A stretch of DNA of 63,588 bases, counting the filler, from Choristocarpus tenellus KU-1152 (lineage: Eukaryota > Protista > Phaeophyceae), in the NCBI GenBank assembly GCA_964200185.2. It is 14 parts of 14 records of this genome, joined end to end, with 100 filler letters (N's around TTAATTAATTAA, not from the genome) between each part and the next. Parts side by side here need not be neighbours in the genome. Positions count along the whole stretch, not along the records: positions 49,904 to 54,176 come from CAXNAD020015348.1; positions 54,277 to 57,574 come from CAXNAD020020953.1; positions 57,675 to 60,918 come from CAXNAD020021307.1; positions 61,019 to 63,588 come from CAXNAD020026680.1; 10 more parts are not named here. The stretch is one strand, 5' to 3'. Below, in pieces: positions 51,181 through 63,588 of the stretch. The position numbers and the translations under genes are program-made. The notes under the pieces are model-generated. The model was not told the DNA's origin, made no database searches, and saw nothing but the letters and a program-made list of their open reading frames with translations. How positions within the stretch are numbered: the stretch's first letter is position 1; the number at the start of each line of letters is the position of its first letter.

Positions 51181-53541
51181 GTATGACGTCTATGTTCCTA
51201 AGGACCGCTATAATGCTGAGGTTGTTAACCAGAAGGCGGTGTCTGCGAAGACTACGAAGGACTTGGAGTCGGGAGAGTTTGAGAAGGAGAAGCGTTCTCT
51301 CAAAGTCACAATTCAGAGGTAAGCTGTTAGTAACAGAGTCTCTTGGCTGTTCGTGACATACTTGATATACTCTGGAGTTTATGTCGTTACGGCGACTGAC
51401 ATTCTGCAGATGTTGTAGTGGAGGGGGCAAGAGGAAACATACTGTGTATTAATAGTGTAACAGGCATGGTGTTAGTTTTGTGCACCTTGGACATCGTCGA
51501 TTTCATAGGAAATATTTATTCATATATATATTTATTTATTATATTTAGCAGGGGGTTGTGAGCATCAGTCATGTCATGTGTGTCTTGTGGTTGGATTTCA
51601 TGATATGTTGAGGTACAACTGCACTGCCGGGCCGGTCAGTCATGCACATATCACAACAAGTCTACTGAAATATGGACCAAATTCATCCTGCTGTGGGGGG
51701 TGAGCATGGTGATGGTGACATTCTGAATGTGACAAGGCCTGGTCCATGGCAGGTGTCCCAGTCTTCTTTTTCTCCTCACCTTGCTTTGCATGAACTTGGT
51801 CACCTCTCTTGTGTTCACCACTGGGAAGCTATGTTTTTTATTCCTTTCATGGTATAATCTCTTGTGTTCACCACTGGGAAGGTATGTTTTTTATTCCTTT
51901 CATGGTACTATCCTTCGATTGGTTCAATCTCTGTTTGGCATCGATCAACATGCTGTCCCCATGAACCACCACGGTGGTCACGATCTGAGCTTCATCAATC
52001 CGACCGAACTTGGGTCGATCACCTCAGACTGGTCCATTCACATCACAGGTCTAGCAACACTTCCACCAGCAAGACGTTCCAGTAGGGAATACTTTTTCGA
52101 TGGTCCCTCTGCCCAGTCGAACTTTCCCATCTCATCGTCTGTTAGTTTGAAATGCAGAGTCTCCTTGAAGTTTGCCCATGAGAAAGAAGGCTTTCTGATG
52201 GCGGCTGTCAATTAAGTCGTAACCCATCTTTGCAGCCAAAGGCAAGCTGCGCAGTGAGAGGGGGAACTGTGATTGTGTCTGAGTGAGAAGGACTATGAAT
52301 GACGTTTCCCCCTTCCTATGTCGAAGGCCCTGCTGCGCAGTCCTCTGATGGGACTTAGGAACCTATCCAGCATTCGGTTTGCTTTCTCCTCCGTCCTCCC
52401 AAGCATGAAGTTGGTCCTAAGTACCTGTGTCAATTAGTTGGATCGACCCTCTCTTGTGTGTGTGTGTGTGTGTATGCGCGTATGTGTGTGTGTTTGTATA
52501 TGTGTGTGTATGTCTGTGTTTCTGATTTTTGTGTGTGGTCTAGAAGGACGTAGGGAAGAGAGTTGAGAGGTCGTTGGCAATATAGACGAAGCACCCATAA
52601 AAATAACAAAACAAGATATTTTTCATCACATTACTCCTATTTAAAAAAATAAAGCACTCTTGTACTCACACAGTTTGCATACACGATGGATAGACACTGC
52701 CCGTAACAGTCTCGTAAAAAAAAAAATATTAAAAAAAAAATGCGAACCTGTGGAAAACATGCTTCATCCCCCTGTGGTGAAGACTATACACACCTGAAGA
52801 GTGCTTTCGATTCAAAGTTGGAGACTTGTGAAGATTTGTGAAGTGTAGTGGGAAACCTGATAAGCGTAGAGAGGAGCGAGTCTGATTCTTCTTCTGCAGT
52901 GGAAAGTCTTAACGTTGACTTGAAGAGTCTCTTGAGTGTTTGGGCGAAAGAAGGTTGTTAGGTGTTACTATTGCTTGGCTTGTGTTTTTTTTTTTTCATG
53001 AGAGTGTGGAGGGATGAAGGGTGCAGTCTGAAATTGTAAGTTTGTTGTTGCTACATTTGATTGACTAACCAATAAGGATTGTCCGAAATGACCGAACTTT
53101 TGGACCTAATTCGAGGTGATCGGCTGAGGCTTAGAGAGGGTTTTGCACACTCACTCAACCGGGTAGTCAAGTGTAATCCTTATGCTTTTGTTTTGGATTG
53201 CTGCTCAATTCCTCCTTGGACGCCCTAGGGTTAGGGTTAGGGTTGGGGTCCGTGAGGAGTGGGGTAGAGCTTAAGAGTTTTTTGTTGTTGTTATTGTAGT
53301 AGTAGGTCTTGTCCTTAACAGAATTGTATTTGGTGTAGTTCTTTCTGGCTGTTTGCCCTTACCATTTGCCAATGGGTATGTGGTGTTTGTTCTTGTCAGG
53401 TGTGAGCAGATGGCAATGCAGCTGGGGGAAGAGATGAGGCAGCAGCAGACCCATACCAAGGATGTGAAGAAGCACCTTAGGCTCGTTAAGGACGAGCTAT
53501 TTCCCAAGGAGGATGTGCTGTGCGGGGACGAAAACATCAAG
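51181..53541 (+). CDS. THOC2: THO complex subunit 2 (Tho2 domain), two internal exons
   Basis: Exon 51181-51318 YDVYVPKDRYNAEV..EKEK and exon 53400-53541 RCEQMAMQLGEEMRQQQTHTKDVKKHLRLVKDELF match the THOC2 YDL.VP...YE.E / L.EE...Q..H...V..RL...K..W block. The phase-2 junction is consistent. Confidence 0.85.
51806..51908. repeat. ~53-bp tandem duplication
   Basis: ctcttgtgttcaccactgggaag.tatgttttttattcctttcatggta occurs twice. Confidence 0.9.
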
Positions 53542-54559
53542 GTTTGGTTTGTACAATGCCTGTAGGTGTATGAAACCCTTACGGTGTGTTCTTTTTGGTC
53601 CAAGTTGACTTTGAACACGGTTGGAGGTTTTCATTATGCTTAGAAGAATCCCACTCTCTGTTTTGTCTTCAGGCTAATTTTATATCTGGATATATGGGAC
53701 GGTTCTAGGGATCTAGAGTGAGGGTTAGAGGATAGAATAGGTTACAGCAATCGAGAAATATGTCCTAATTTTTTATTTTTGATAGTTTTTCTTGATGTGT
53801 TTTGTTTTGTTTTGTTTTGTGTCGTTAACTGAGTCGAAATTTGAATCGAAGAATGTAGTTGAGACCGTAATTGAACCCTTTACAGCACGACTTTGGACCA
53901 GTGCGTTGCTGTTTTTGTATGGGTCTATGTATCTGCTCAGTGATTCGCCTCGGACTAACTCACCGCCGTCTCTCTGTGCTTTGCGTGCGTCAACCACCAA
54001 CCTCTTACCCTTTGCACGTCGTGCTATTTGTGCTTTGTTGATTACGTCGGATCTGTTCTCTTTCAAAAAAAAAAAAAAATGTTGCGCTGAAAAAAAAAAT
54101 GATATTTGCTGCGTTACTCTTTTACTTTTATTGTTATTTTGATTGGGTGGAGATAGGAAAAGAATAATGAAAAGAANNNNNNNNNNNNNNNNNNNNNNNN
54201 NNNNNNNNNNNNNNNNNNNNTTAATTAATTAANNNNNNNNNNNNNNNNNNNNNNNNNNNNNNNNNNNNNNNNNNNNCGAATGCAACCAAACCCTCCAAAA
54301 CCTGTGACATCAAAAAGTTGACCCCAAATGAACACCCCCCCCCCCCCCTCCCAGATACATCGAGTCACCTGGTTATATATGAGATATTCATGAATGGCTT
54401 GAATCTGAAACAGATGGGAGTTTGTGGAAATCTCTACCATTTTTTCTAAGGGATGTTCCTATGTAGTTCAGCCTTTTCAATTTCAGATAAGGGATTATCA
54501 AGAGAACAAAGTTAATGCCAACGCTAACAGCTTATTATGAAACCCATAATTGGGGTCAA

Positions 54560-57180
54560 CAACACCCTCCAAAGTCCAGCACACTACCAATCCAAAGTAG
54601 CAAGTGAAATCTCAACAAAAATACAGATCACAACTTCTCTTGAGTTGAGTAAGAGCTTAATACATTGCAAAAGACAGTTACGTCTCAGCACAAATTTCGA
54701 TCTTACTCTGGGACGAAAAAGCTCCATGTTTTGAGTGATCAAAATGTACACTACATTTGAGAACACAGAAGATTTGGGTAAAGAGGGAGAGGAGGCAATG
54801 CAATAGACACACTCACACAAGTACTTAAATAGTTCTGACAGAAGAATACATACTTATCTTCAGTGTCCTCAAAGGTATACCACCACCACCAAAAAGATGC
54901 ACACATACATTACACCATCCGCAATTGAGCCTTGTTTGACCAGACTCGTTACCATGAAATAGTTCCTATGGAAGCCGAAAATGCTGTTTTGCTCCACCTC
55001 ACAAAAATAAATATTCCGATATAATTTCACAAAATATTCTCGCTTAGTTCAATTAATCAAAAGAATTCCTTGTTGATTACCAGAATTTGCATCCTTTTTA
55101 TCTCGTACATGGGACTGGAGATGGTCTTCTGAGGCAGGGTTGTGGTTGTGTGTTATTGGTATCTTTTTCTCCACAGATGAATCTTGTTTTACACCATGTA
55201 CAAGAGTCGCACCATCCATGTTCCAAGGCTTGTTGGGCCTGTGTGAATGAAGGTAGAAGCGAACCATCAAAGTTGGTATTGCTCCTAACACAGGACAGTG
55301 ATCCCTGACAAACGAGAACTTAATAGAGTATTAACCTGGATCAGTTTGAAACACTCATAGGGGTTTTCAGTCAAGCATCACACAATAAAATCCAATTGAG
55401 TAAACCAAGCTCTACGAAGTTTGCAGCATTGAATACAGCAATACCAAGTTTCTTAGCAATACTAGTATTGCTCCCAGTAATCGTGGGATATTCGAATTAG
55501 AAGAAACCAATGTGACCATCAGAGCAATATACGATATATATATGTGGCATTACAATGTGACATAGAGCAATTTGGCTTACAGCAACAACCTCTGCATATT
55601 GTATCCAAATTGCTCAAAGAGTTTTTCCTTGTCCCTTACTTCACTATATCCTACAATTTTTGCACTGGGTCCTCTCTCACACTAGGACTCCCATAAATTA
55701 AAGTCAGCCATGCCAACTGATTCCTTCATATTTTCAAGACATCTAGATACTTCTACAAAAGAGAAAAAATATTGTCGCGAAACGTTTCTCAATTATATTG
55801 AGTTGTGAACAGTCAACAGGCCTTATGTCCACCTAGTTTGAGAGACATGGCGTAGATTGAGTTCATTGAAAATGGACACAGAAGATCATTGCCAAACAAT
55901 ATATTTCAGAAGACATACAGAAAAAATCGAGGATAGGGCAAAGATAGCTTCAATTCTCCTTATGTAATGATGAAAAATCAATAGAACACGTTAGTTGGAC
56001 ATAACAAACTTGACATCATGGATCATTACATTACAGAGGGCAATATCTTACTTGCCCGTGAATGTTTGAAGTAACCATATCAAAGATGTCGGCAGGAATG
56101 ACCTGTTTTAAGGTTAACAGCATCACATCTAATCAAGCTGTCATGTGCCACAGGAGAAAGATCCATCAAGAGGCACTTACAGACGACGTTGGAACTGAGA
56201 ATTCGAGGTACAACCACTGACCTCAACAAAGTGACAAAAGCGTAGAGAGGATTGAGAGTCTTACGTCATGGCACCTCACCTCAAGAATCTGATGGTAGGT
56301 GTCTAATTGCTCGAGGATTCTTAGTTGGGTCTCCTTGTCAAAAGAACCAGCTGTGATATGTTTGGTTCTATTGGTAGAGCCTTCAGCATTCATTGTGGGC
56401 GCACTGGAATTCTGAACAGAGCTCATGCTAGAAGCAAGTTTAGATGCATGCTCCTCACGCATGCCAATAAAACGAAGAAGTTGGCAATATTCCTCAATTC
56501 GCTCAGCTCCAAGAAAGTCTGCAAACCTGAAAAAAGGAGAAAAATAATAGCCCTGAACATGTATGTGTGCCTGATAGCTAAATACAATTATATGTACACA
56601 GTACCTTACCATCAAGGTCCTCAACGTTCTTTCCTCGAATATTGAATATGATACAAACATTTCGTTCAAAGTGTTGTAGATTATTTCCTGTGCAAAGAGT
56701 TCAATACACATGGTCCTAAATGAGAGAAGGTTACAACACGTTGCCCACCTTTGTGTAGTGTGCATCCTATTTCAAGAAACAATGACATTTCTAGCCTGTC
56801 TTAACCTGCTTCATATTATTGCTATCTCTTGAACCTTGCATGATAAAGGCCATTTGTCATCCAGATTCCTGAGAAGAATATCACAGGTTAACCGGTCTCA
56901 TAAATGCACCCACAATTGTTGCAATGATTAATAATATAATACTGTTGGATTTTAATTGGAAGTAACACTGAAAATCTCCCAATCTTTGGGGGAAAAAAAG
57001 ATGAAGCATTTGTTTATCATGGAGCTCAAAACACGACCACCTTGTAGTCTTGTAGTTCAACACTGTGTCACAAAGTGTCATGTGTGTCTCCAAATCAAAC
57101 AAGCTTGCCAGCTGGTGATCAAGATCCTCTACCTTACAATATTGATATCTGAAGATAGAAATATTAATGTTTGCAAATAC
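54560..57180 (-). CDS. Unidentified AT-rich gene or pseudogene with many short exons
   Basis: Exon-like segments such as 56280-56526 (FADFLGAERIEEYCQLLRF..LEQLDTYHQILE) and several gtaag/gtgag donors on the minus strand. I could not build a consistent phase path. Confidence 0.4.
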
Positions 57181-57369
57181 CTGACAAAGCCAACTGAGAA
57201 ACTCTGTCAAATGCCAGTTTATGGTACTAATAAAATAGATGGAACTCTGTAATTATTCCAAATTGCAGCATCTCCGTTTGGGTTGGTGGAGTGTGCAAAT
57301 GCAAGGGCTGGCAGCCTTTAACATAAACTGACATTTGACGGATTTACTCGGATGACTTTGTCAGGTATT

Positions 57370-57552
57370 GGCTCAAAGTATCTGGGGGAGGGTTGGGGTG
57401 GGGGTTGTCCATTTGGGGTCAATTTTTTCATGTCGCGATTTTTGGGCGATTTGTTGCATTCATCGAATAGACAAAGATAGTGCACTTTTCCTGGTTTTGG
57501 TCCGAATGGACACCCTGGTGTAGACCCCCCCCCCCCCCCCCCATTTTTTGAT
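57370..57552. mobile_element. MITE family B copy
   Basis: Reverse complement of 26842-27028; right end degenerate after the poly-C run. Confidence 0.8.
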
Positions 57553-57826
57553 AAAACTATTCTCGCCGACCTATNNNNNNNNNNNNNNNNNNNNNNNNNN
57601 NNNNNNNNNNNNNNNNNNTTAATTAATTAANNNNNNNNNNNNNNNNNNNNNNNNNNNNNNNNNNNNNNNNNNNNCTGTACAAAGGTGTTCTGATTGTAGT
57701 TGATGTGGTGGTGACGAACTAGTGAAAGCAACGTCCAGAAAGGAAAAGACCAATCAACAGTCAGTGTTGACTGGTGGAACTATATCGTATCAAGGAACAA
57801 ACAGATGAGTAGCCTATGTTTTAACA

Positions 57827-58339
57827 ATACCACTATTGACAGCTGGTGTGAAGACGGTTCTAATGACAATAAATACAGGGCATCGAATTTCAAAATGTTA
57901 CTGACATCACCGTTGACAGCTGGTGTGCAGACGATTCTAATGGTAATAAATTACAGGGCTTCGAATTTGAAAATGTTGGTGATACCATTATTGATAGCTG
58001 GTGTGTACACGGTTCAAATGGTGATAAATACAGGGCATCGAATTTCAAAATGTTGGTGATACCAACCACTATTGACAGCTGGCGTGTAGACGGTTCTAAT
58101 AGTAATATATAGAGGGCACCGAATTTGAAAATTTTGGTGATACCACTATTGACAGCTAGCTAGTGTGTAGACGGTTCTAATGGTAATATACACAGGGCAT
58201 CGAATTTGAAAATGTTGGTGATACCACTATTGATAGCTGGTGCGAAGACGGTTCTAGTGGTAATAAATACAGGGCATCGAATTTCAAAATGTTGGTGACA
58301 CCACTATTGATAGCTGGTGTGTAGACGGTTCTAATGGTT
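57827..58339. repeat. 77-bp tandem array, ~6.5 diverged copies
   Basis: Consensus ataccactattgacagctggtgtgtagacggttctaatggtaataaatacagggcatcgaatttcaaaatgttggtg. Confidence 0.95.
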
Positions 58340-60406
58340 TGCCGTACGACAAAGTATCGCAAAAGTTGCAGCGGTTCACATAACGACTTATTTGAAGGCA
58401 CACTCTTCCCATCCATCGTCCTCGATTGTCCAACAAATCTAGCATAATGCCATTCCCCTGAAGAGAAAGAGACACAAACAATGGTATGTGCATCTGGTAA
58501 TATATGTAGAGCTACACCATATGAAACGTTCGGTATCCCTTTCACTAAAAGCCCGTCCTACACCATAGTTTGCTACACCAATCGTAGTATATACATACGG
58601 GAGTATTTTCGGGGGTGACACCCACCAAACATTTATCAACTGTTTTTCCAAAACTTCAGATCAGAGCATATACTCTGCTGTACGACAAACTACCTCAATT
58701 CACTTCATCCTATCTATGTGCTTTGTGGGATGTATCCATAATATTTCTGATGTGGCTCACGTGTGCCCGCATACGTGATGCACACCTTTTCAGGATGGTC
58801 TAATCAAGGCGGCTTCAGTCATCGCCATGTCCAACACTCCATTGTCGACATGTTCAATGTTAGGTGGCACTCAACATGCCCCCACTCAGTCAAACACATC
58901 ATGACCATATATTGTGCAAGCCCCCTCGTCCCAACAACATGATAGCAATATCGATGTTCGCACCATCAACATCGAACTTGAGTGTCAAAGGGAAACAAAC
59001 CCACCAACCCATATCGTAACCTCACTTCATTCCCACTCAGGAAACGGGGACTCAAGAGACTGCCCAAGACCAGTACCACTTGTTCGTGGGAGAAATCCAA
59101 AACGAACCAGATCATGGACCTCTTTCTATCCATGTTTGTCAACCACGATGGTCTACAAGAGGTGGAAGGAAGCGGCCACACGTGGAACGACCTTGCCTCT
59201 TGGTTATTGGACGAGAAAAGCAGGTTTGCACCATTTGCGAGCGTGCTGCGAGTTGTGCTGGCTCGGGAACAACGTGAGTCCACACCTGATCTCCAGATCA
59301 AGACATTCCTAGAATGTGTAAAGAAGGATCTTAGCACCGAGAAAGACTTGACACAACAAGAGTTCTTCAATCTATTCCTCACACCGCTTCTGACCATTGT
59401 TTGGTGGTTGAGGGATCTCAGGGAAGAGGGGAATCTTGGGAAGGGAAGGGTTTAGGCTCACAGCATTACGGTGTGTAGTGAAGACCGAAGCCAAGACAAC
59501 GAGTTCGTCCAGAACGCCGTAGAGATGTTTGTGAAAGATCACTAATACCTCTAGCCCGGGAATACGGACAGACCCTAGAGGTCCTCCACATCTGGTTCAA
59601 TGGCTGCGGGAGTCAGTTCAAGAACAGATGGAAGATGTGGTGGGTTTCTCAGTTTTTAGCGCGGATGGGAATTTCCGTAGTACACAATTTCTTTGCCTCC
59701 TGTCACAGTAAGTCCTTGTCCGATGGAGTCAGGGCTGCCAGGAGACTGGAGCTAGACAGGGTGCGCATGCCAGGAACCTCATCCCTCGCGGAGACGATCA
59801 AGGCAACCAAAACACAATACACATTGAGGGATCCGACACCAGAGGAGAGTGGCACTACAACAAAGGTCATAAAGTTCCTCCCGGACAGACAACCGTGACG
59901 AACGAAGGTAGGCATGCTCCACATGACGTATGCACAAGTTCTTCACTGGTCAGCGCACCACCGGAGACTCCCGTACATTGATATACACCGAGTTGTCGTG
60001 CTACTACACAAACTGTTCCATCGGGAACCTCGCCCAATGCAGTTGGGAACTAACCCACGTACCCCCGCTTAAGGAGATAGACCTCGGATTTTCCGCGGAA
60101 ACAGGAATGGGCGATATGTATCTGAGGAGCCAGCTGTTGAGGAAGAAGAGACAGCTCGCTAAGGGGAATATATGCATTGTGCGGACGCAGCCATCGGAGT
60201 ACAATGGTATAGAGTTCTTGCCTTGCAAGGACACGATTCAATAGAACGCCAGGCACCATTCCAGCTACAGGGGGATGTTCAGTGCTGGAGATGAGGTGGT
60301 CTTCGTCACTGAAGAGTTCGAGGTGCTGACTGCCAGCTTTGTTGGTGGAGTGCCAACTATTCGCATGTCACGGATGGACAAGATGAGAAACGCTGCTTTC
60401 TCTTGA
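58340..60406 (+). pseudogene. Decayed Sola2-like DDD transposase
   Basis: Across stops and frameshifts it reads VCSEDRSQDNEFVQ, LHIWFNGCGSQFKN (59584-59625; family pattern W.DG..SQFKN), HNFFASCHSKSLSDG (pattern FF...HGK...DG) and a C-terminal LSC....C..G....C. Confidence 0.75.
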
Positions 60407-61029
60407 TACTAAGAGAACTATGTTCCACACGAATCAATCGACACTGTTGATGTACAGATGTAACATATCCACTAATATCCCCTCATCTAAAAAAAACTCC
60501 TCCCACAACATCCAAACCTAACGTCCAAATCACAATTGTTCTAAGTGTAATTTTATTCTCCTACTCCACAACGACAATTTTAAACTTTCACAGAATATTT
60601 TATAAGTTCCAAAGGGCCATATGCGTTTCCCATGCCTTCATTTCACTTCCTAAGTGTATTTTATACCCTAAATAATACTCTCAATTCCTCACAACCAAAA
60701 CGAACAACACATCTATACAACCAAACAAGGTTGTCACGCGCAAACATATGCCAATAGTCCAACATACCGACACCTCCCCTGCAACGAACATCTTCATGGT
60801 GTTGCAGGACGTACAACCCGGTCCCTGCGTCATACTGTTAAAACCTGAATCGAATATATCGTACATGTAAGAAAAAGGCTCAAAGTATCTGGGAGGGGGT
60901 GGCGGCTGTCCATTTGGGNNNNNNNNNNNNNNNNNNNNNNNNNNNNNNNNNNNNNNNNNNNNTTAATTAATTAANNNNNNNNNNNNNNNNNNNNNNNNNN
61001 NNNNNNNNNNNNNNNNNNACATCAAACCA

Positions 61030-61125
61030 TTGGTCCCAAACGGACAGCCCCCCCCCCCCCCAGATACTGTGGGCCAGGGTAAAAAACGGACGCCGGCCCC
61101 CCCCCCCCCCAAGATATTTTGATCC
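61030..61125. mobile_element. Two consecutive MITE family B right ends (possible nested insertion)
   Basis: aaacggac..cccccagatactgtgggcc is followed by aaacggac..ccccaagatattttgatcc. Confidence 0.65.
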
Positions 61126-62898
61126 ATTGGTGTCAATCTTGGTTTGTTTATTCATGAAGATTGCACAATCTTGGAGAAATCAATGCACTTGAATATAGTG
61201 GAGGTGATTCCATGAGAGGTCAGGCGGATTGTCAAGAGGTATTGCCAATAATCAATGTCGAACAGCACCTTCCATGATACACAATGCTCTCAAACGAATC
61301 CAATATAGTATACGTCATCGACCTTCAGCATCATATTCCTACTGCATATTTCGAAGGACACCCTCCACCAATTTCTTCCTTGGTACAATGTATGCCTGGT
61401 GTCTGTGTGTGTCTAATGGACAAGGCTCTATGTTTGACAGGTATATCTCAACACATTGGTGATGGTCAAAGTTTGTCTGTTTAAGGCAACAGATGATGTG
61501 CAGGTATTGTCGGTTCAAGATCTTATCTCATCAGGGAACTGGAAATAGAGAGAGTCAAAGTAAACGAGAGGTACCCAGGTTTGCATTTTAAGGACCCTGA
61601 TGACAAATATGTGCAAAATTAGACTTTATATACAAATGTGTGTAAGATACTTTGCGTGTTGGAAAATCTTCAAACAATAGAGATACAAACGCTCTTGAGT
61701 CGAACTTAACACCCCATCCATAGAAATATGGGCGAATTGCAAAAGAATAATAAACAGACTTAAAGTGCAAACGGCCAATACCTGGGTGCCTCTTGTTTGC
61801 TTTGGTTCAGACCTGCTAGGGATGCGTTTGTTGTTCCTGTGTTGAAGGACTTTCTGGAGACTCACTGGCAAAAAATGTGAGCAATGGAGAAGTACAAGTA
61901 GTGATATACATGTGCCACCCTCTCCAAGTACTTTATCCGATTTTGAATGGAAGTTGTAGTACACTTTCCGTCCGTAGTATCAACTTTCATGCTCCAGCTA
62001 TATTTCGGATGCTCAAAAATAAGGATGAAAGTTCAATGGTGTTGTCCTGTGTGTAGAACGCAAAACCAGAACTCACCCAAATTGGCAGCACCGATGGAGG
62101 TATTGAAACCTCTACAGCATGGAGTTTGTTCAACTTATTCCCCGAGTAACCATATTTTGAGTGGGATTATACCTCGGGAAAACCTATTCCTGAGACTTGA
62201 GCAAACTACATACACAGGATGGGGGCTGCCCAATCAAAGTTGGGGGAAATGATATGCCCATGCTGTCACCCAAGTGCATTTCTCAGCATAGTGCAACGGA
62301 CTGTTCATTCAGTTACTCTTCCTATATATGTGTTCCCTTCAACTTCACCACAGAAAACAAGAGGTCAGGCCCAGTGAGTCAGTCCCATATAGTATCAATT
62401 GACACAGTGCTACACATTTGTCTCCAGTTCTATAGATTATATTACTCTGTACATCAACAGTCTGAGTTTTATGAAGTGTTGGCACTATGCTTGTCTGCAG
62501 TCATGAGTTTCAATACTAAGATACTTGTTAAGCATATACAGCACATATGGTATAGGAAAGGTCAGCGTACATTTGATAAAGTTCTAACATGCCATACATG
62601 GCAAACCCCTGCCAAGGCATTGGAAACTCTTGTATTTGAAGTTGTTTCCTCGTGTGCTGGTAGCATGCACGCAAAGAATATCTGCAGATCTGACGAATTA
62701 CACACTGGCAGAGTGCCTACAAAGCCTGCTGATCACATGCTTTGAAGTGAACACATGCATTTATGAGATAACTGTGTCTGCGCCTATATGCACTTATGCA
62801 CATGGTTTGATCTAACACATTTTGACAGCTTAGCTTCAACGCAAACTGTGGGATATTGTTAGCTCTGCTAGTTAAACTTCGATATCGACTGATCAAAC

Positions 62899-63434
62899 CT
62901 TTCTGCAGTCTCAATCCTGAGATTGAAGGCGACCTCTTGTTCAACTAGAGCAGCCTCGAGCGAATCAGTGACTTCTCGATTGTAGGACATCATCTTGTCC
63001 TTCATATTTCGATTTCTCTTGCTGAAATGGGAGTGACACACATTGTGGGAAGGAATGGATGGTAGGGTGAAGATGTTGCAGGAAGATCAACATCCTAATC
63101 TAAAAAGCACACACAGGGTAAAATATAGCAAACCACTGCGTTTCAAAGCCCAGCATTTCATGATAACGACATACGTGCATTGGAGACGGAAATGAGCAGT
63201 GACTATTATTGGTGAGGGGAGGGATCCCCCTACCCCCCTCTGCAAATATTTAAACCCGCCCACACCACAGTATATCATCAAAAGAAATATCAGTGTACCT
63301 TTTCTAGTTAGTCCTACATCTACAAAGTATGAAAATGGGAACATGAACACATCCTGTGTTGAATGGCTTTGATGGTCTATGCCTTTCTGCCGCCAGTTCT
63401 TGCTCAAGCTTGGCCTTGGAGCTTTCCACGATTT
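62899..63434 (-). CDS. Unidentified coiled-coil protein exons
   Basis: IVESSKAKLEQELAAE and KRNRNMKDKMMSYNREVTDSLEAALVEQEVAFNLRIETAE follow yAG acceptors. The join needs a GC donor. Confidence 0.35.
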
Positions 63435-63588
63435 CTAAATGCACATGTAACTCCCCCATCCTAGACGACAGACTGGCCACCTGAGAGGGGCCATATTGTA
63501 CGAGGAATACAAGGACAGAGAAAGATCATTCCAAAGTGGGCAATCACTATTTGTGGGAAGTGTTTTTTGGCTCGAAGTATCTGGGGGG

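Noticed and set aside
51600-52430. LINE reverse transcriptase remnant in the THOC2 intron
   Set aside because: Coding-like composition, but no RT or endonuclease motif could be read.
57827-58339. CRISPR-like repeat-spacer array
   Set aside because: The whole 77-bp unit is homologous between copies; there is no spacer segment.
61947-62252. Fanzor/TnpB zinc finger (CPVC)
   Set aside because: Only one CxxC, with no RuvC motifs or second cysteine pair.
1-63588. tRNA, rRNA, snoRNA genes and prokaryotic operons or defence systems
   Set aside because: Nothing recognisable by eye. An Infernal/tRNAscan run would be needed to exclude small RNAs.

Overview
Eukaryotic nuclear DNA, not prokaryotic. The window is 14 unrelated contigs joined by artificial 100-nt linkers (N44-TTAATTAATTAA-N44), so adjacency across linkers means nothing. 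Genes are intron-rich (GT-AG). A flagellar CFAP57-like gene, a BT1 transporter, PPR repeats and TTAGGG-type repeats suggest a stramenopile alga, possibly brown-algal (inference only). By hand-splicing exons I recognise partial genes for CFAP57-like, CCT5, USP10/UBP24-like, a golgin-like protein, a degenerate JmjC+FN3 protein, DPM1, RUS/DUF647, a PPR protein, a BT1 transporter, eIF3c and THOC2, plus unidentified coiled-coil genes. The repeat fraction holds a decayed Sola2-like DDD transposase preceded by a 77-bp tandem array, and two related MITE families sharing an AAAGTATCT-(G-rich)-GTCCATTT end (one with GAG termini and clean 4-bp TSDs). It also holds a ~4 kb element with long coding-like inverted arms and a possible OTU-protease remnant, two 48-bp tandem arrays, and short interstitial TTAGGG tracts, one in frame inside an exon. 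No CRISPR array or RNA gene is supportable. No novel system is proven; the best leads are the palindromic element (7831-11827), the Sola2/MITE set and the telomere-repeat insertions. Exon coordinates are manual and unverified by RNA data.
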